IMG/VR virus record: IMGVR_UViG_3300008255_000135
Location: 5,351 to 69,350 of that record
DNA length: 64,000 nucleotides
Reading direction: 5' to 3' (one strand)
DNA from: a virus
Lineage: Duplodnaviria > Caudoviricetes
Part shown: positions 54,580 through 63,742 of the stretch, in pieces
Numbering within the stretch: the stretch's first letter is position 1
Layout: every line of letters begins with the position of its first letter
Made by a program: the position numbers and the translations under genes
The notes under the pieces: generated by a model
Databases searched by the model: none
Seen by the model: the letters and a program-made list of their open reading frames with translations, nothing else
What the model was told of the DNA's origin: nothing

Positions 54580-55290
54580 CTACACAAAGCGGTCGGCGGG
54601 GTCGATCTCCGGCGAGTTCATGTCGTACTTCCAGGGATCGCCAGCCTTGGTGGTCGTGGTCGTGGGCGTCTCGCCCTCGCCCTGGGAAGTCGGGGCCGGG
54701 ATCGGAGCCCGCTCGGACTTCACGACCTCGGTGAGCTTGGACAAGGCCTTGTGGATCGAGTCCACCTTGGTCTTGATGGTGGCGAGCTCCGCCTTCTGGG
54801 CATCGGTGACGGCTCCCGCCTCCGCCTCGGCGAGCGCGGAAGTCAGGTCCGCTTCGAGACCGTCGAGGACCTTGCGGTGAGGGTCGTCGCCCTTCTTGGC
54901 CCCGCCCTTCTCCTCGTCCTTGCCCTTGGGCTTGCCTCCGCCCGCGTAGGCGGAGAGCTTGGAGATCGACGACCCGAGAGCCTTGCCGAACTCCTCGGCG
55001 TCCTCCATGTCGTCGATCCCGTCGAGGAGTCGCTGGAGCTGCGCAACCGCCGAAGCCATTGCGGCCTTGGCCTTCTTCTTGGCCCCGGCCGAGAACGCGG
55101 AGCTCTTGGTCAGGTTGCCATCTTCGTCCAGGTCCAGTTCTTCACCCTTGGGCATCTGATTCTCCGACTTCACCAACAGGAATGGGCGCTTGTTTGCGGG
55201 CCGATCCACCAACGACACCTCAAAGACCGTGAGATCTGTGAGGCGGTGGGTAGCTCCCTCGGAGCCTTTGGTCGGAGTCTCCCCGGACAT
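54580..55290 (-). CDS. Prohead protease-like N-terminus fused to a coiled-coil scaffold
   Basis: LTDLTVFEVSLVDRPANKRPFLLVK followed by a helical scaffold. Confidence 0.75.
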   Translation of the reverse strand: MSGETPTKGSEGATHRLTDLTVFEVSLVDRPANKRPFLLVKSENQMPKGEELDLDEDGNLTKSSAFSAGAKKKAKAAMASAVAQLQRLLDGIDDMEDAEEFGKALGSSISKLSAYAGGGKPKGKDEEKGGAKKGDDPHRKVLDGLEADLTSALAEAEAGAVTDAQKAELATIKTKVDSIHKALSKLTEVVKSERAPIPAPTSQGEGETPTTTTTKAGDPWKYDMNSPEIDPADRFV

Positions 55291-55316
55291 GCTTCGGCAG
55301 TCTCTCGCGGACGCGA

Positions 55317-57464
55317 TCAAGAAGCAAGCGGTTCGCGGACAGCTTCCCCACCGAAGCTGAATCCGGTGAGGGAACCCGACTTCACCGCGGTCCAAATCTG
55401 GTCGTCCTCAGCTCGAACACCGAGCAGCCAGGAACCGCGCTTGACGGTCTCGCCCGAAATCTCGAAGTCCGCGGGCGCAATGAAGGATTCGAGGATTCGC
55501 ATCCGGCCGGCGACGAACGTCTTGTGTTGCACCCCCAGCGTCCCGAACTCGGCCATGAACCGGTGCGCGGCCTGGCGGATCTCCTCGGCGGATTGGGTGT
55601 CTCCCTGGGTGTCCACCTCGTCGGGCTCTGCCACGACGCCGTACACGAACCGCTCCTCGTCCTGACTCGGGTCGGCTTTGTGGAGGTAGCGCGCCCGCGT
55701 GGAAGTCAGCAACCCGTCCACCCAAGTGGAGGTCGCCTTCTTGCGCTTGACGCGGACCTTGGCCTTCTCGGCGTTGACCAGGGCCTTCATCTCGGACATC
55801 CCGAGTGGTCCAACCACGCCGCGCTGGATTTGAGCCACCACTGCGTCGAGCGAATCCCCCAGGTCGCGCGTAGCCCATGCTTCGCGGGCTTGAACCCAGG
55901 CCTTGACCGTCGACGCGGTGTCGCCCCGGAGCGCACGCTTCCAGAGCGCGAACTCCTCGGCCCCACCGGCGTCGCCCAAGCTCCAGATCTCCGGGTAGCC
56001 CTCGCGGAGCTCCTCGGCGAAGGCGCGATCGAACGAGGGGACCTGCGAGTGGCGAAGCGCGATCGGCTGGTCTGCGCCCGCGATGGGGAAGTTCGTGACT
56101 TTTGCCACGACGGGAACTGCGAACTTGGCGCTGATTTTCAGGGGGGTGCAGACCAGCACGCCCGACGCCGCCGGGTCGCGGAGCTTGTACAAGGTCCCCC
56201 GCGAGGCCAGGGTCACCCGCGCCTCGGCGACATCGTCGACCACCGCAACCCACGAGGTCGCTTGGTCGATCAGCTCTGCCAGCTGGACAAGCTCGATCTC
56301 CGGGGGCGGGTCGAAGATCGCGGTGGCCCCCGCCAGCTTGGCCTCGGCGATCGCGGTCGCGGGGTCCTCGTGGGCGAAGACGTTCGCGGCCAGGTCGATC
56401 GGGGTCGCGGCCAGGAGTTCGCGGCTCCAGTGGGGGCGGTCGTCGGCGGGGAGGACGTGAGCGAAGTAGCGCTTCTCGACCTCGACCTTCCGGTAGGCCT
56501 TGCCCACAAGCCGGATCTCGCTGCTCCCCCCGAAGTAGTCGGTCTCGACCAGCCAATCGCGGGCGAGCTTGGCCTGGGGACCCTCCATGGTCCACCACCG
56601 CACCTCGGGGGGGATGTCCTGCTCCAGCGACTTGGGCAGGCATGACCGCCCCACCACTTCGACATCCGTCGAGCGGAGGATCTGCGGCCGGCAATCCTTC
56701 GAGAGCGACGCGGTCCAAAGCCCGTCGCGCTGGACCAACAACAGGGTCCCGGGAAGCTCGGGGAGCTGGAGGAAGAACTCCTGTTGGTCCGTCTCCAGGA
56801 GCCCGTACTCGATCTGCCCCTTTCCGAGGTCAGCGGCGTCCGTGGGGTCCCACCCCTCGGCGGAGACCAGCTCTCCTCGAACACCGATGATCCCCGCGGG
56901 GTCGTCGGTGTGGAGGCGCAGGAGATAGCCGTCGAAGACGATGCCGATCATCCCCTCGGACTGGTAGGCCTGCGCGTCCACGGGAGCGCTTCGCTTGGCG
57001 AGCTCACTCGCGGGCGGGGCGGGGGCGAACACCGGGGCTTGGGGGGACTGCCCTTCGAGGATGTAGAAGTCGCGGGGGGTCAGCGACTCGATCGTGTCCC
57101 CGCTGGGGAGCCGGAGAAGATGCGTGTGGACCCCGTCGAACGCCGTCGAGTCGGTCTGGAGGTCGTGCGTATGCCAGCCGTCCGCCTCGGTGACGATGGT
57201 GGTCCCGTCGGCGAGCGTCACGTTGTGCGCGTGCTGAGCCCCCGAGGTTTGGCACCCGTGGTCCCCCCAGCCTTCGAGGTCATGGGCGTGCCCTCCGTCC
57301 TCGGCGGTCTGGAGGAAGGAGCCATCAGGGAGGCGGAACATGTGGAAGTGCCGACCGTCGACCTTGGTCCGCTGAAACTCGCGCTCCAGCATGTGGACGT
57401 GAATCCCACCCTCGGGGATCCCCGAGGGTAGGCGCTTCCCCACCTCGTTGCGTTCGGCGGTCAC
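55317..57464 (-). CDS. Multidomain head protein with C-terminal XkdF-type serine protease
   Basis: ERFVYGVVAEPDEVDTQGD...AHRFM...GVQH...KSGSLTGFSFGG; N-terminal HxH repeats. Confidence 0.85.
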   Translation of the reverse strand: MTAERNEVGKRLPSGIPEGGIHVHMLEREFQRTKVDGRHFHMFRLPDGSFLQTAEDGGHAHDLEGWGDHGCQTSGAQHAHNVTLADGTTIVTEADGWHTHDLQTDSTAFDGVHTHLLRLPSGDTIESLTPRDFYILEGQSPQAPVFAPAPPASELAKRSAPVDAQAYQSEGMIGIVFDGYLLRLHTDDPAGIIGVRGELVSAEGWDPTDAADLGKGQIEYGLLETDQQEFFLQLPELPGTLLLVQRDGLWTASLSKDCRPQILRSTDVEVVGRSCLPKSLEQDIPPEVRWWTMEGPQAKLARDWLVETDYFGGSSEIRLVGKAYRKVEVEKRYFAHVLPADDRPHWSRELLAATPIDLAANVFAHEDPATAIAEAKLAGATAIFDPPPEIELVQLAELIDQATSWVAVVDDVAEARVTLASRGTLYKLRDPAASGVLVCTPLKISAKFAVPVVAKVTNFPIAGADQPIALRHSQVPSFDRAFAEELREGYPEIWSLGDAGGAEEFALWKRALRGDTASTVKAWVQAREAWATRDLGDSLDAVVAQIQRGVVGPLGMSEMKALVNAEKAKVRVKRKKATSTWVDGLLTSTRARYLHKADPSQDEERFVYGVVAEPDEVDTQGDTQSAEEIRQAAHRFMAEFGTLGVQHKTFVAGRMRILESFIAPADFEISGETVKRGSWLLGVRAEDDQIWTAVKSGSLTGFSFGGEAVREPLAS

Positions 57465-57471
57465 GGATGGC

Positions 57472-58131
57472 TCAGAAGACGCGGAGGTTGGTGCCGCGGA
57501 AGTCGAGGTCCGGGTCGTCCATCTTGCGGTCGTTGATGTCGACCACGGAACCCCACGGGTCGGCCGCCGGCTTCTTGGCCTTCTCGGTCTCGACCTTGTC
57601 CGGGTCAGCCGCGGCCGCGCCCTCGGTCGAGTCGGCTTCGCTGTCGCCGGTCTTCTCCGCCTCGGTCTTCTCCTCGGTCTTCTTCTCGTCGTTGAGCAGC
57701 GACTGGAACGCGGCGAGGAGAGTCTCCGGGGTGAGGTCGCCCTTCGGGGTGAGGTCGCCCTTCATCGTGAAGGTCCCGCCCGAGCCCGAGGCCTGCGTCC
57801 CCAGAGCCTGGCTCGTGGTGATCGTGCGCTCGCTTCGCTCCTTCCAGGCGGTTTGCGCCTGGACCGAGAGCGGCCCGGAGTACACGGGGATCGACTTCGC
57901 GGAGCCGTCCTCGAACCCCGACTTGGCGAGCTCGATGTTCGCCAACAGGTGGGTCATCCGGGCCTTGCGGTCGTCCAGCTCCTCGTCCTCGCGGGCCTTG
58001 CGGACCTGGTCCAAGGCGTAGCGCAGGAACTCCGCCTTGGTCATGTCGGTCAGCTCGACCGGAGGAACGTCGGAGAGCAGGGCCTCCAGCTCGGATTGAA
58101 TCTTGTCGAGGGCTTGCATCTGCGTGTCCAT
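57472..58131 (-). CDS. Hypothetical acidic head-module protein
   Basis: 219-aa ORF. Confidence 0.75.
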   Translation of the reverse strand: MDTQMQALDKIQSELEALLSDVPPVELTDMTKAEFLRYALDQVRKAREDEELDDRKARMTHLLANIELAKSGFEDGSAKSIPVYSGPLSVQAQTAWKERSERTITTSQALGTQASGSGGTFTMKGDLTPKGDLTPETLLAAFQSLLNDEKKTEEKTEAEKTGDSEADSTEGAAAADPDKVETEKAKKPAADPWGSVVDINDRKMDDPDLDFRGTNLRVF

Positions 58132-58146
58132 CTCTAGTGGCCAGTA

Positions 58147-58458
58147 TCACACACCCGCGCGGCCGAACCAACCAGCGCGGGTGACCTTGCGTTGGAAATC
58201 GATGCCCTCCAGAGCCTCGTCCAACACGCGGTCCAGCGAGTCGAGGGCCCGGGCGAGCGAGTAGTGATTGTCATTGCGGAGCGTGCGGTACCCCTCGAAC
58301 GCGATGTTGAACCGGCGCGTGACCTCGGCTTTGGTCATCTTGCGCATCGGCCAGCGGATGCAGCTCCGCTGAATCGCCCCGAGTACCGCTCGCTCGATTC
58401 GCTTGCGGACCTGCACGTCGGCCAGGTCGGCGGTGGAGTTTCGGATCACGATCTGCAT
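58147..58458 (-). CDS. Hypothetical protein
   Basis: MQIVIRNS...; ATG 2 nt after the MuF-like gene's stop. Confidence 0.7.
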   Translation of the reverse strand: MQIVIRNSTADLADVQVRKRIERAVLGAIQRSCIRWPMRKMTKAEVTRRFNIAFEGYRTLRNDNHYSLARALDSLDRVLDEALEGIDFQRKVTRAGWFGRAGV

Positions 58459-58460
58459 GG

Positions 58461-59519
58461 CTAGCCGAGGGGGGCAATCGTGGACCGGCACTTCCCGTGC
58501 AACGGTGGCTGGATCACCCCGAACCCCGCAAGCGTGCCATTGTCCATCGCGTTTGTGAAGCGGCCCGGGCGGTCCTTGGTCCCGACCGCGGATTGGGTCA
58601 CCCGAGCAACCAGCACTTCTTGGCCGGAGCGCTGCTTGATGTACAGGTCCTTCTGAGCGTCGGGATCCTCGGAGCGCCTCGACCGCACCCACGGCTGGTG
58701 ATCCTTGACCGCGTCAAAATGCGAATCTTCCTCGACCGCGCGATAGCTGCGAAGGCCCTCCTCGACCGCGAACACCCGCCCATCCAGCATCCGGCAGATG
58801 TCGGTGGTCCGCTCGTCCATGATCGCCTGGAACTCGTACCGCCGGATCCCCGCCTGCTGGTAGGAGTTCAACTGGGTGAGCGTGCGAGCGCGATTCTGCG
58901 CCGCCATGGCGGTGACCTGCCAGTAGTTGGCGGTCCGCTGGAGGCCGATCTTCTGGGCGGCCGCTTGGAGGTCGTTGGCGATCTCGGCCGATCGCAACCC
59001 CTGCGCGAGCCCTTCCGCCACGATAGTCTGCGCATTACGCGTAAATGCGTGTGCGTGATTGGCGTACTCGCCTCGGATGAAGAACCCCGAGGACGACCGC
59101 ACCGAATCGACCACGCGCTGGTCCACCTCGGTGAACGAGAGCCCGAGGCGGAACGACAGCTGCTCCGAGACCGCGACCTTGGTATCCGCGACCGTGAGCG
59201 AGAGGGTGGTCCGAAACTGGGTGTCCACCGCCTCGGCGACCTGGCCCCCGATCCCCCCGAGCGCCCGCGCAGCCTCGCGGATCAGCGCGCCTTGCTGCGC
59301 GGGGGTCAGGACAGCCCAATCGACCGCCAGAACCTGGAGCGCGGTGGCGACCGCCAGCGTGTCGATCGGGCCCGAGGCTTCCCCGAGCTCCCGGGCGAAC
59401 CGCTCCGACATCAGGACAAAGTCGCCGTCGTCCAAGGGGTTGTCCGCCTTCCGCAGCCCCATCTTGGCGAGGCGGCGACGGACGGCGATGTGTGAGTCTA
59501 TGTAGTCGTGCTCACACAC
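58461..59519 (-). CDS. Head morphogenesis protein (MuF / SPP1 gp7-like)
   Basis: YEFQAIMDERTTDICRMLDG...PPLHGKCRSTI. Confidence 0.92.
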   Translation of the reverse strand: MCEHDYIDSHIAVRRRLAKMGLRKADNPLDDGDFVLMSERFARELGEASGPIDTLAVATALQVLAVDWAVLTPAQQGALIREAARALGGIGGQVAEAVDTQFRTTLSLTVADTKVAVSEQLSFRLGLSFTEVDQRVVDSVRSSSGFFIRGEYANHAHAFTRNAQTIVAEGLAQGLRSAEIANDLQAAAQKIGLQRTANYWQVTAMAAQNRARTLTQLNSYQQAGIRRYEFQAIMDERTTDICRMLDGRVFAVEEGLRSYRAVEEDSHFDAVKDHQPWVRSRRSEDPDAQKDLYIKQRSGQEVLVARVTQSAVGTKDRPGRFTNAMDNGTLAGFGVIQPPLHGKCRSTIAPLG

Positions 59520-61437
59520 CGGGAACCGCCGCGAACTTCGCGCGCGCCTGCGACCGGGCCAGCTCCTGGAAGTGGGTCTCCAGGGCCAACAGCTTCAACG
59601 CCCCCCGAGCTCGCTTGCGCCGACCCGCCCTCTTGCTCGCCTGCTCCGGGGTGTCCTCGGTGGGATCGACTGGGAGGTCCTCGCCATCGTCTTCGACCTC
59701 GGCGAGCCCCAGGCGGAGGAACTCCAGCGGGACCTCGCTCTCCTCGCCATCGAGCGCCTTGAACTTGCGCCCGAACACGCGCGCGGCGATCTCCCGAAGC
59801 TCGCGCATATTGAGGAACCCGCTCGTGGCCGCTGCGGCCAGCTGCTCCCCGAGCACCGCGAGGTCCGTCATGTCGGGGCCGCGCGAGCGGAACTTGTGCA
59901 GGCGGATCCCCAGCGAGGGGAGCACGAACCGGTTGATCCACCAGTCGAAGTCCTTGCGCAGTGGGGAGAACACTTGCTGCTCCGCGAAGTGGAGGCTGGC
60001 CTCGGCGGTGGCCCGATTGAAGTCGCGCACGTCCCCGCGAAGCAGCCGTGGGACTCGGAAGACGCCGCCGATCCGGTCCTCGTTCTGCTCCTGGTACTTC
60101 ATGAACAGCCCGTCGTCTTGCTGCGTGCTGGTCAGCGGCTTGATCTCGATCTTGACGGAACCCGACATCGTCCCCGAGAGCTCGTTGCCGAAGGGCTCAG
60201 CCTGGAGGATCAGGATCTTGTGGAAGTTCTTCTTCCCCCGAATCTCGTTCTTGATGTAGTCGCGGACCTTGTTGACCTCGTTCTTGGCCAAGCGGCCGCC
60301 GGACACCAAGATCGCCAGCGGCGGGATGGACTTGTTCTCGAAATACGCCAGGTTGATCTCGGCCGCGTGGCGGTTGCCGAGCACGGCGAGCAGCTCCGAG
60401 ACCCAGCGGGGGATCCCGTAGGGTGTCCGCGAGGAGTGGATCTTGAAGTGGATCAGCTCGTTGGCCGCGCGTACGCCGGGCTCCGCCTTCTCCAGCTCCT
60501 GGACGTTGGTGTAATACTTGCCGGACCGGGTCGAAACGGTTCGGGGGTCGCCGTAATCCTTGAAGTAGGTGACCAGCTTGGTCCCTGAGAGGACCTGGAT
60601 GTAGCGACGGAACCGACGGTTGACCGGCTCGTCGTCCACCCGCAGAACCGTCCGCTGGATCGGCAGCTGCACCTGGGTGGTCTCGGGGTCCTGGGGCATG
60701 AGCCGGATCGAGAACGCCGGTACATAAACGAACTGGACCGGCTCTCCGCGCGTGTTGCGTATCACCTCCCAGAAGCCGTTTCCGAGGACCTCGATGTCCT
60801 GGCGGGTGATGGCCCGGAGCTTGGTGAACGACTGCTCCACACAGCAAAAGTCGAAGAACTGGACCAGCATCCGGTGCTCCCACACCAGCGTGGTGGCCAG
60901 CTCGCTCATGCACTCCTCGACCTCGGCGTCCGTCACCTCGATGTCGAGGTCCACGTCGTCCCCGCCCTCGATGTCGAGGTCCACGTCGTCCCCGCCCTCG
61001 ATGTCCTCCCCGAGCGCCAGCTTCAACACTCGACGGCGGAGGACATCCATCACGCCCGTGGCCTTCTCGGCCGTGGAGCCATCGACCTGCGCCATCGCGT
61101 GGTGGACCTTCTCCTCCAAGATCGCCTGACGGACCATCTCGCGCGTGTCCTCGTCTTCGAGGTCCAGCACGGGCTCAAACTCGTGGCCGTAGCCGTCGAC
61201 GTTCGTCGCGTAGGTGTCGATGTTGACGCGAAGCCCTCCCGAGAGCTCGAACAGGGAGGCCAGCTCGATAGGGTCGAGTGGGGGCTCCAGCGCGTTCTGC
61301 GTCTGGAAGATGTCGAGCGTGCCCTGGGGGGTGCGCGAGGTCTGCACCTCCGAGCCGTCGCGGTCGATGAAGTGCGCCTTGACGACGGGGACCCCCTCGT
61401 TGTCCTCGCCCACGTCCTCGTCTTCGATCTCGTCCAT
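59512..61437 (-). CDS. Portal protein
   Basis: LGNGFWEVIRN, NELIHFK...YGIPRW, YFENKSIP, IGGVFRVP; alternative start at 61443. Confidence 0.92.
   Translation of the reverse strand: MDEIEDEDVGEDNEGVPVVKAHFIDRDGSEVQTSRTPQGTLDIFQTQNALEPPLDPIELASLFELSGGLRVNIDTYATNVDGYGHEFEPVLDLEDEDTREMVRQAILEEKVHHAMAQVDGSTAEKATGVMDVLRRRVLKLALGEDIEGGDDVDLDIEGGDDVDLDIEVTDAEVEECMSELATTLVWEHRMLVQFFDFCCVEQSFTKLRAITRQDIEVLGNGFWEVIRNTRGEPVQFVYVPAFSIRLMPQDPETTQVQLPIQRTVLRVDDEPVNRRFRRYIQVLSGTKLVTYFKDYGDPRTVSTRSGKYYTNVQELEKAEPGVRAANELIHFKIHSSRTPYGIPRWVSELLAVLGNRHAAEINLAYFENKSIPPLAILVSGGRLAKNEVNKVRDYIKNEIRGKKNFHKILILQAEPFGNELSGTMSGSVKIEIKPLTSTQQDDGLFMKYQEQNEDRIGGVFRVPRLLRGDVRDFNRATAEASLHFAEQQVFSPLRKDFDWWINRFVLPSLGIRLHKFRSRGPDMTDLAVLGEQLAAAATSGFLNMRELREIAARVFGRKFKALDGEESEVPLEFLRLGLAEVEDDGEDLPVDPTEDTPEQASKRAGRRKRARGALKLLALETHFQELARSQARAKFAAVPGV
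60936..61005. repeat. Exact 30-bp tandem duplication inside the portal gene (GGDDVDLDIE x2)
   Basis: CTCGATGTCGAGGTCCACGTCGTCCCCGCC repeated twice plus a partial third copy. Confidence 0.95.
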
Positions 61438-61439
61438 GC

Positions 61440-61766
61440 TCACGACCAGTCGCCGACCGTCCAGCCGCCGAGGACCGCCGAGAAGTCTTCCGCAGCCCCC
61501 ACGACGTTGACCTTGACGCGGAGGCTCCGCCAGAACTTGTCCGCCTCGACGAGAGTGGCACCTGCGACCACGTTGGCCTGGATCACCACGTAGTTGGCTC
61601 CGTCGACGGTCCCCTCCAGGTCCACGTCCCACGCCCCATCGAGATCGAACTGCACCCGCATCCCGCGGATGTGCTCGGTGAGGATCGGGGTCCCGTTGCC
61701 GGTCGCGGGGGAGCCCCCAGACGTGGGGAAGGTGAGGCGATTACTGGGGTAGAGCAGTGGACGCAT
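61440..61766 (-). CDS. Small beta-rich hypothetical protein
   Basis: 108-aa ORF coupled to the portal gene. Confidence 0.75.
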   Translation of the reverse strand: MRPLLYPSNRLTFPTSGGSPATGNGTPILTEHIRGMRVQFDLDGAWDVDLEGTVDGANYVVIQANVVAGATLVEADKFWRSLRVKVNVVGAAEDFSAVLGGWTVGDWS

Positions 61767-62064
61767 GGGGTTCCGTGTCGGCGGGGTGGGGGATGTAGAC
61801 GACGAACTCTCGCGGGGCCTGGTTGACGCTCCGCGGGGTGTAGCCCCGAGCCTTCAACGCGGCCGCGACTTCCTCGCGCGCGTCGACGCCCCGCTTGACC
61901 TGGATCGTGAAGCGGGTGACCTCGCGTGGACGCGCCTCCGCGGGTAGCTGGGTCTTGTCGCTGACCAGCCGCCCGAGAGTACGCGTCGCCGCGCGCGGGG
62001 CCTCCAACACGCGGACCGAAACGGGTCGAGTGTAGATCGCGGGCTGGACCGTCGGCAGACGCAT
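61741..62064 (-). CDS. Hypothetical protein
   Basis: 107-aa ORF preceded by TAGACT-N6-ATG. Confidence 0.65.
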   Translation of the reverse strand: MRLPTVQPAIYTRPVSVRVLEAPRAATRTLGRLVSDKTQLPAEARPREVTRFTIQVKRGVDAREEVAAALKARGYTPRSVNQAPREFVVYIPHPADTEPHASTALPQ

Positions 62065-62107
62065 CCCGCGAGTCTACGCTAGGGGAGCCCCGAATCGAAA
62101 GCGCGTA

Positions 62108-62455
62108 TTACGCGCTACCTTCGGATTCGCCGTCGTCGATCAGCCCCGCCTTGTGGGCAAACACCAGCCGCCCCGATTGCACGTTGTTGACGTGGGACAG
62201 CAGGAGCCCGGTGTGAAACGAGGTCCGGCTAAGTAGCACCTGAAACTGGACCAAGGCCTGCGTGGCGTCGATCCGATGCCCGCAGACCAAGGTGTCGCAC
62301 TTGCAGCTCTGCTCCCACTTCGCCCGGAACTCGGTCAGGGCTGCGTTGATCTGGGGGAGCATCTCCTCGACCTTTCCCGCGATCTCGGTCGCCCGCTCGG
62401 TGGAGCTGGAGATGGCGTCGGCCAGGTGGGTCAAATCCTCGTACTCGATGGTCAT
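62108..62455 (-). CDS. Hypothetical protein
   Basis: MTIEYED...; ATGA coupling to the methyltransferase gene. Confidence 0.7.
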   Translation of the reverse strand: MTIEYEDLTHLADAISSSTERATEIAGKVEEMLPQINAALTEFRAKWEQSCKCDTLVCGHRIDATQALVQFQVLLSRTSFHTGLLLSHVNNVQSGRLVFAHKAGLIDDGESEGSA

Positions 62456-63033
62456 GCGGCGATCTCGTTTCCGTGGGCATCCCATCCCTCGCGGCGGGCG
62501 CGAGCGAAGAACTCGACCCGAGGCCCGGGGGAGACCCGCTCGATCAGCTTGTAGGACTCCTCGGGCTTCTGCGAGTGGAGCCGGCGCGCGACCTCGCGGT
62601 TGCCGATCCACGTCGACTCGGTCCGGCACTGCGCAGGTTGCCGCCCCCGAACCCCGAACAAGAGGAGCTCGTGACGGCCCCGGAGGTACTGCCCCAGGCC
62701 TATCCGGTTCTTGACCCAAACCGCGTTGGTCACGTACCGGAACCCCAGCGCCTCCATCACGTGCAGCCCGTCCTTCAAGAAGTTGTTCGTGACCCACAGC
62801 CAGAGATGGGCGTTCGCCGCGGGGCGGAACTTCGGACTCTGCACCATCACGCGGATGATGTCGGGGGTCTTCAACAAGGGGTAGTGCCTATCCGCCCCAC
62901 GCTTGACCCGCCCCCCACCGGACTCGTTCCACGGCGGGTCCGCGAGGAGACACGCGTACTCCTCGGCCTCCGCAGCCGCCAGCCCGTGGAGGGCCTGACT
63001 CTGCCACGAGGGCTCATAGGGAGGCTCACTCAC
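62452..63033 (-). CDS. MT-A70 family N6-adenine methyltransferase
   Basis: LLADPPW, HLWLWVTN, HELLLFG, HSQKPE, EFFAR...GWDAHGNE. Confidence 0.93.
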   Translation of the reverse strand: MSEPPYEPSWQSQALHGLAAAEAEEYACLLADPPWNESGGGRVKRGADRHYPLLKTPDIIRVMVQSPKFRPAANAHLWLWVTNNFLKDGLHVMEALGFRYVTNAVWVKNRIGLGQYLRGRHELLLFGVRGRQPAQCRTESTWIGNREVARRLHSQKPEESYKLIERVSPGPRVEFFARARREGWDAHGNEIAA

Positions 63034-63523
63034 CCGAGGGCTCCTCGGGGGCCGTTACGCTCGCGGGCGCCTTCTCCCACGAATCCCACCCCTCCCGCCG
63101 AAGCCGGCGGATCGTGTGGAGGGTCCCCTCGATGTCGGGCGGGGTGAAGCCGGGAGGCTTGGTGATCTTGCCCGTCGAGGTCCGATAGGGATTGCCCCCG
63201 TTCGCTTCGAGCAGTGGCCCCTCGACCTTGCTCATGTTCGCGCGCTGGACATCCATCCACAACGCGTGGGCTTCCCCGGGGTGCAGGCCCGCGGCGAGTA
63301 GGCCCTGGACCGCGGTGTACATCAGGTCGAGTAGACCATCGACGTAGGCAGGGAGGTTCTCCTCCTGCGCTGCCAGGTTCATCTCGCTGTACTCCTCGGC
63401 GATCAGGCTCAGCACATGCGCCAAGCTGTGTGGGTCCGGCATCCCGACCTCCGCGCGAAACTCGGTCTCGCCCTTCTCGTGGAAGTCGGCAACATCATCA
63501 AAAATCGTCGTCAGTTGAATCAC
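63026..63523 (-). CDS. All-alpha NTP pyrophosphatase (MazG / PRA-PH-like)
   Basis: LIAEEYSE, YVDGLLDLMY, VQRANMSK, GKITKPPGFTPPDI; GTG start with GGAG RBS. Confidence 0.85.
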   Translation of the reverse strand: MIQLTTIFDDVADFHEKGETEFRAEVGMPDPHSLAHVLSLIAEEYSEMNLAAQEENLPAYVDGLLDLMYTAVQGLLAAGLHPGEAHALWMDVQRANMSKVEGPLLEANGGNPYRTSTGKITKPPGFTPPDIEGTLHTIRRLRREGWDSWEKAPASVTAPEEPSGE

Positions 63524-63702
63524 CTGGGTTCTCCGTCTTTTGCGCCGCCGATCGCGTGCTCGGCAATCTTCCGGTACAGCGTCGACCGAGAGATTCCAAG
63601 TAGCTGCGCGGTGGCGAACTTGTTCCACTCGGTCTTACTAAGCGCGCGAACGATTGCGATCCGCTCAGCCGTAGCTAGCGAATAGTCGTCGCGTTCCGCC
63701 AT
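63520..63702 (-). CDS. Stand-alone Fis-type (HTH_8) DNA-binding protein
   Basis: AERIAIVRALSKTEWNKFATAQLLGISRSTLYRKI. Confidence 0.9.
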   Translation of the reverse strand: MAERDDYSLATAERIAIVRALSKTEWNKFATAQLLGISRSTLYRKIAEHAIGGAKDGEPR

Positions 63703-63704
63703 GC

Positions 63705-63733
63705 CGGGACTGTCCCACATTGGCACAGTCCCC
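63705..63733. promoter_or_regulatory. Inverted repeat, candidate operator
   Basis: CGGGACTGT-N11-ACAGTCCCG immediately upstream of the Fis-like gene. Confidence 0.55.
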
Positions 63734-63742
63734 GCAATCCCT

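Noticed and set aside
62452-63523. Z-genome or other base-substitution pathway
   Set aside because: No PurZ, DatZ, queuosine-pathway or hydroxymethylase genes recognised in the window
63721-63735. Sigma54 promoter (TGGCAC...GC)
   Set aside because: GG-to-GC spacing is 9 rather than 10, the -12 lacks TTGC, and it points away from the genes
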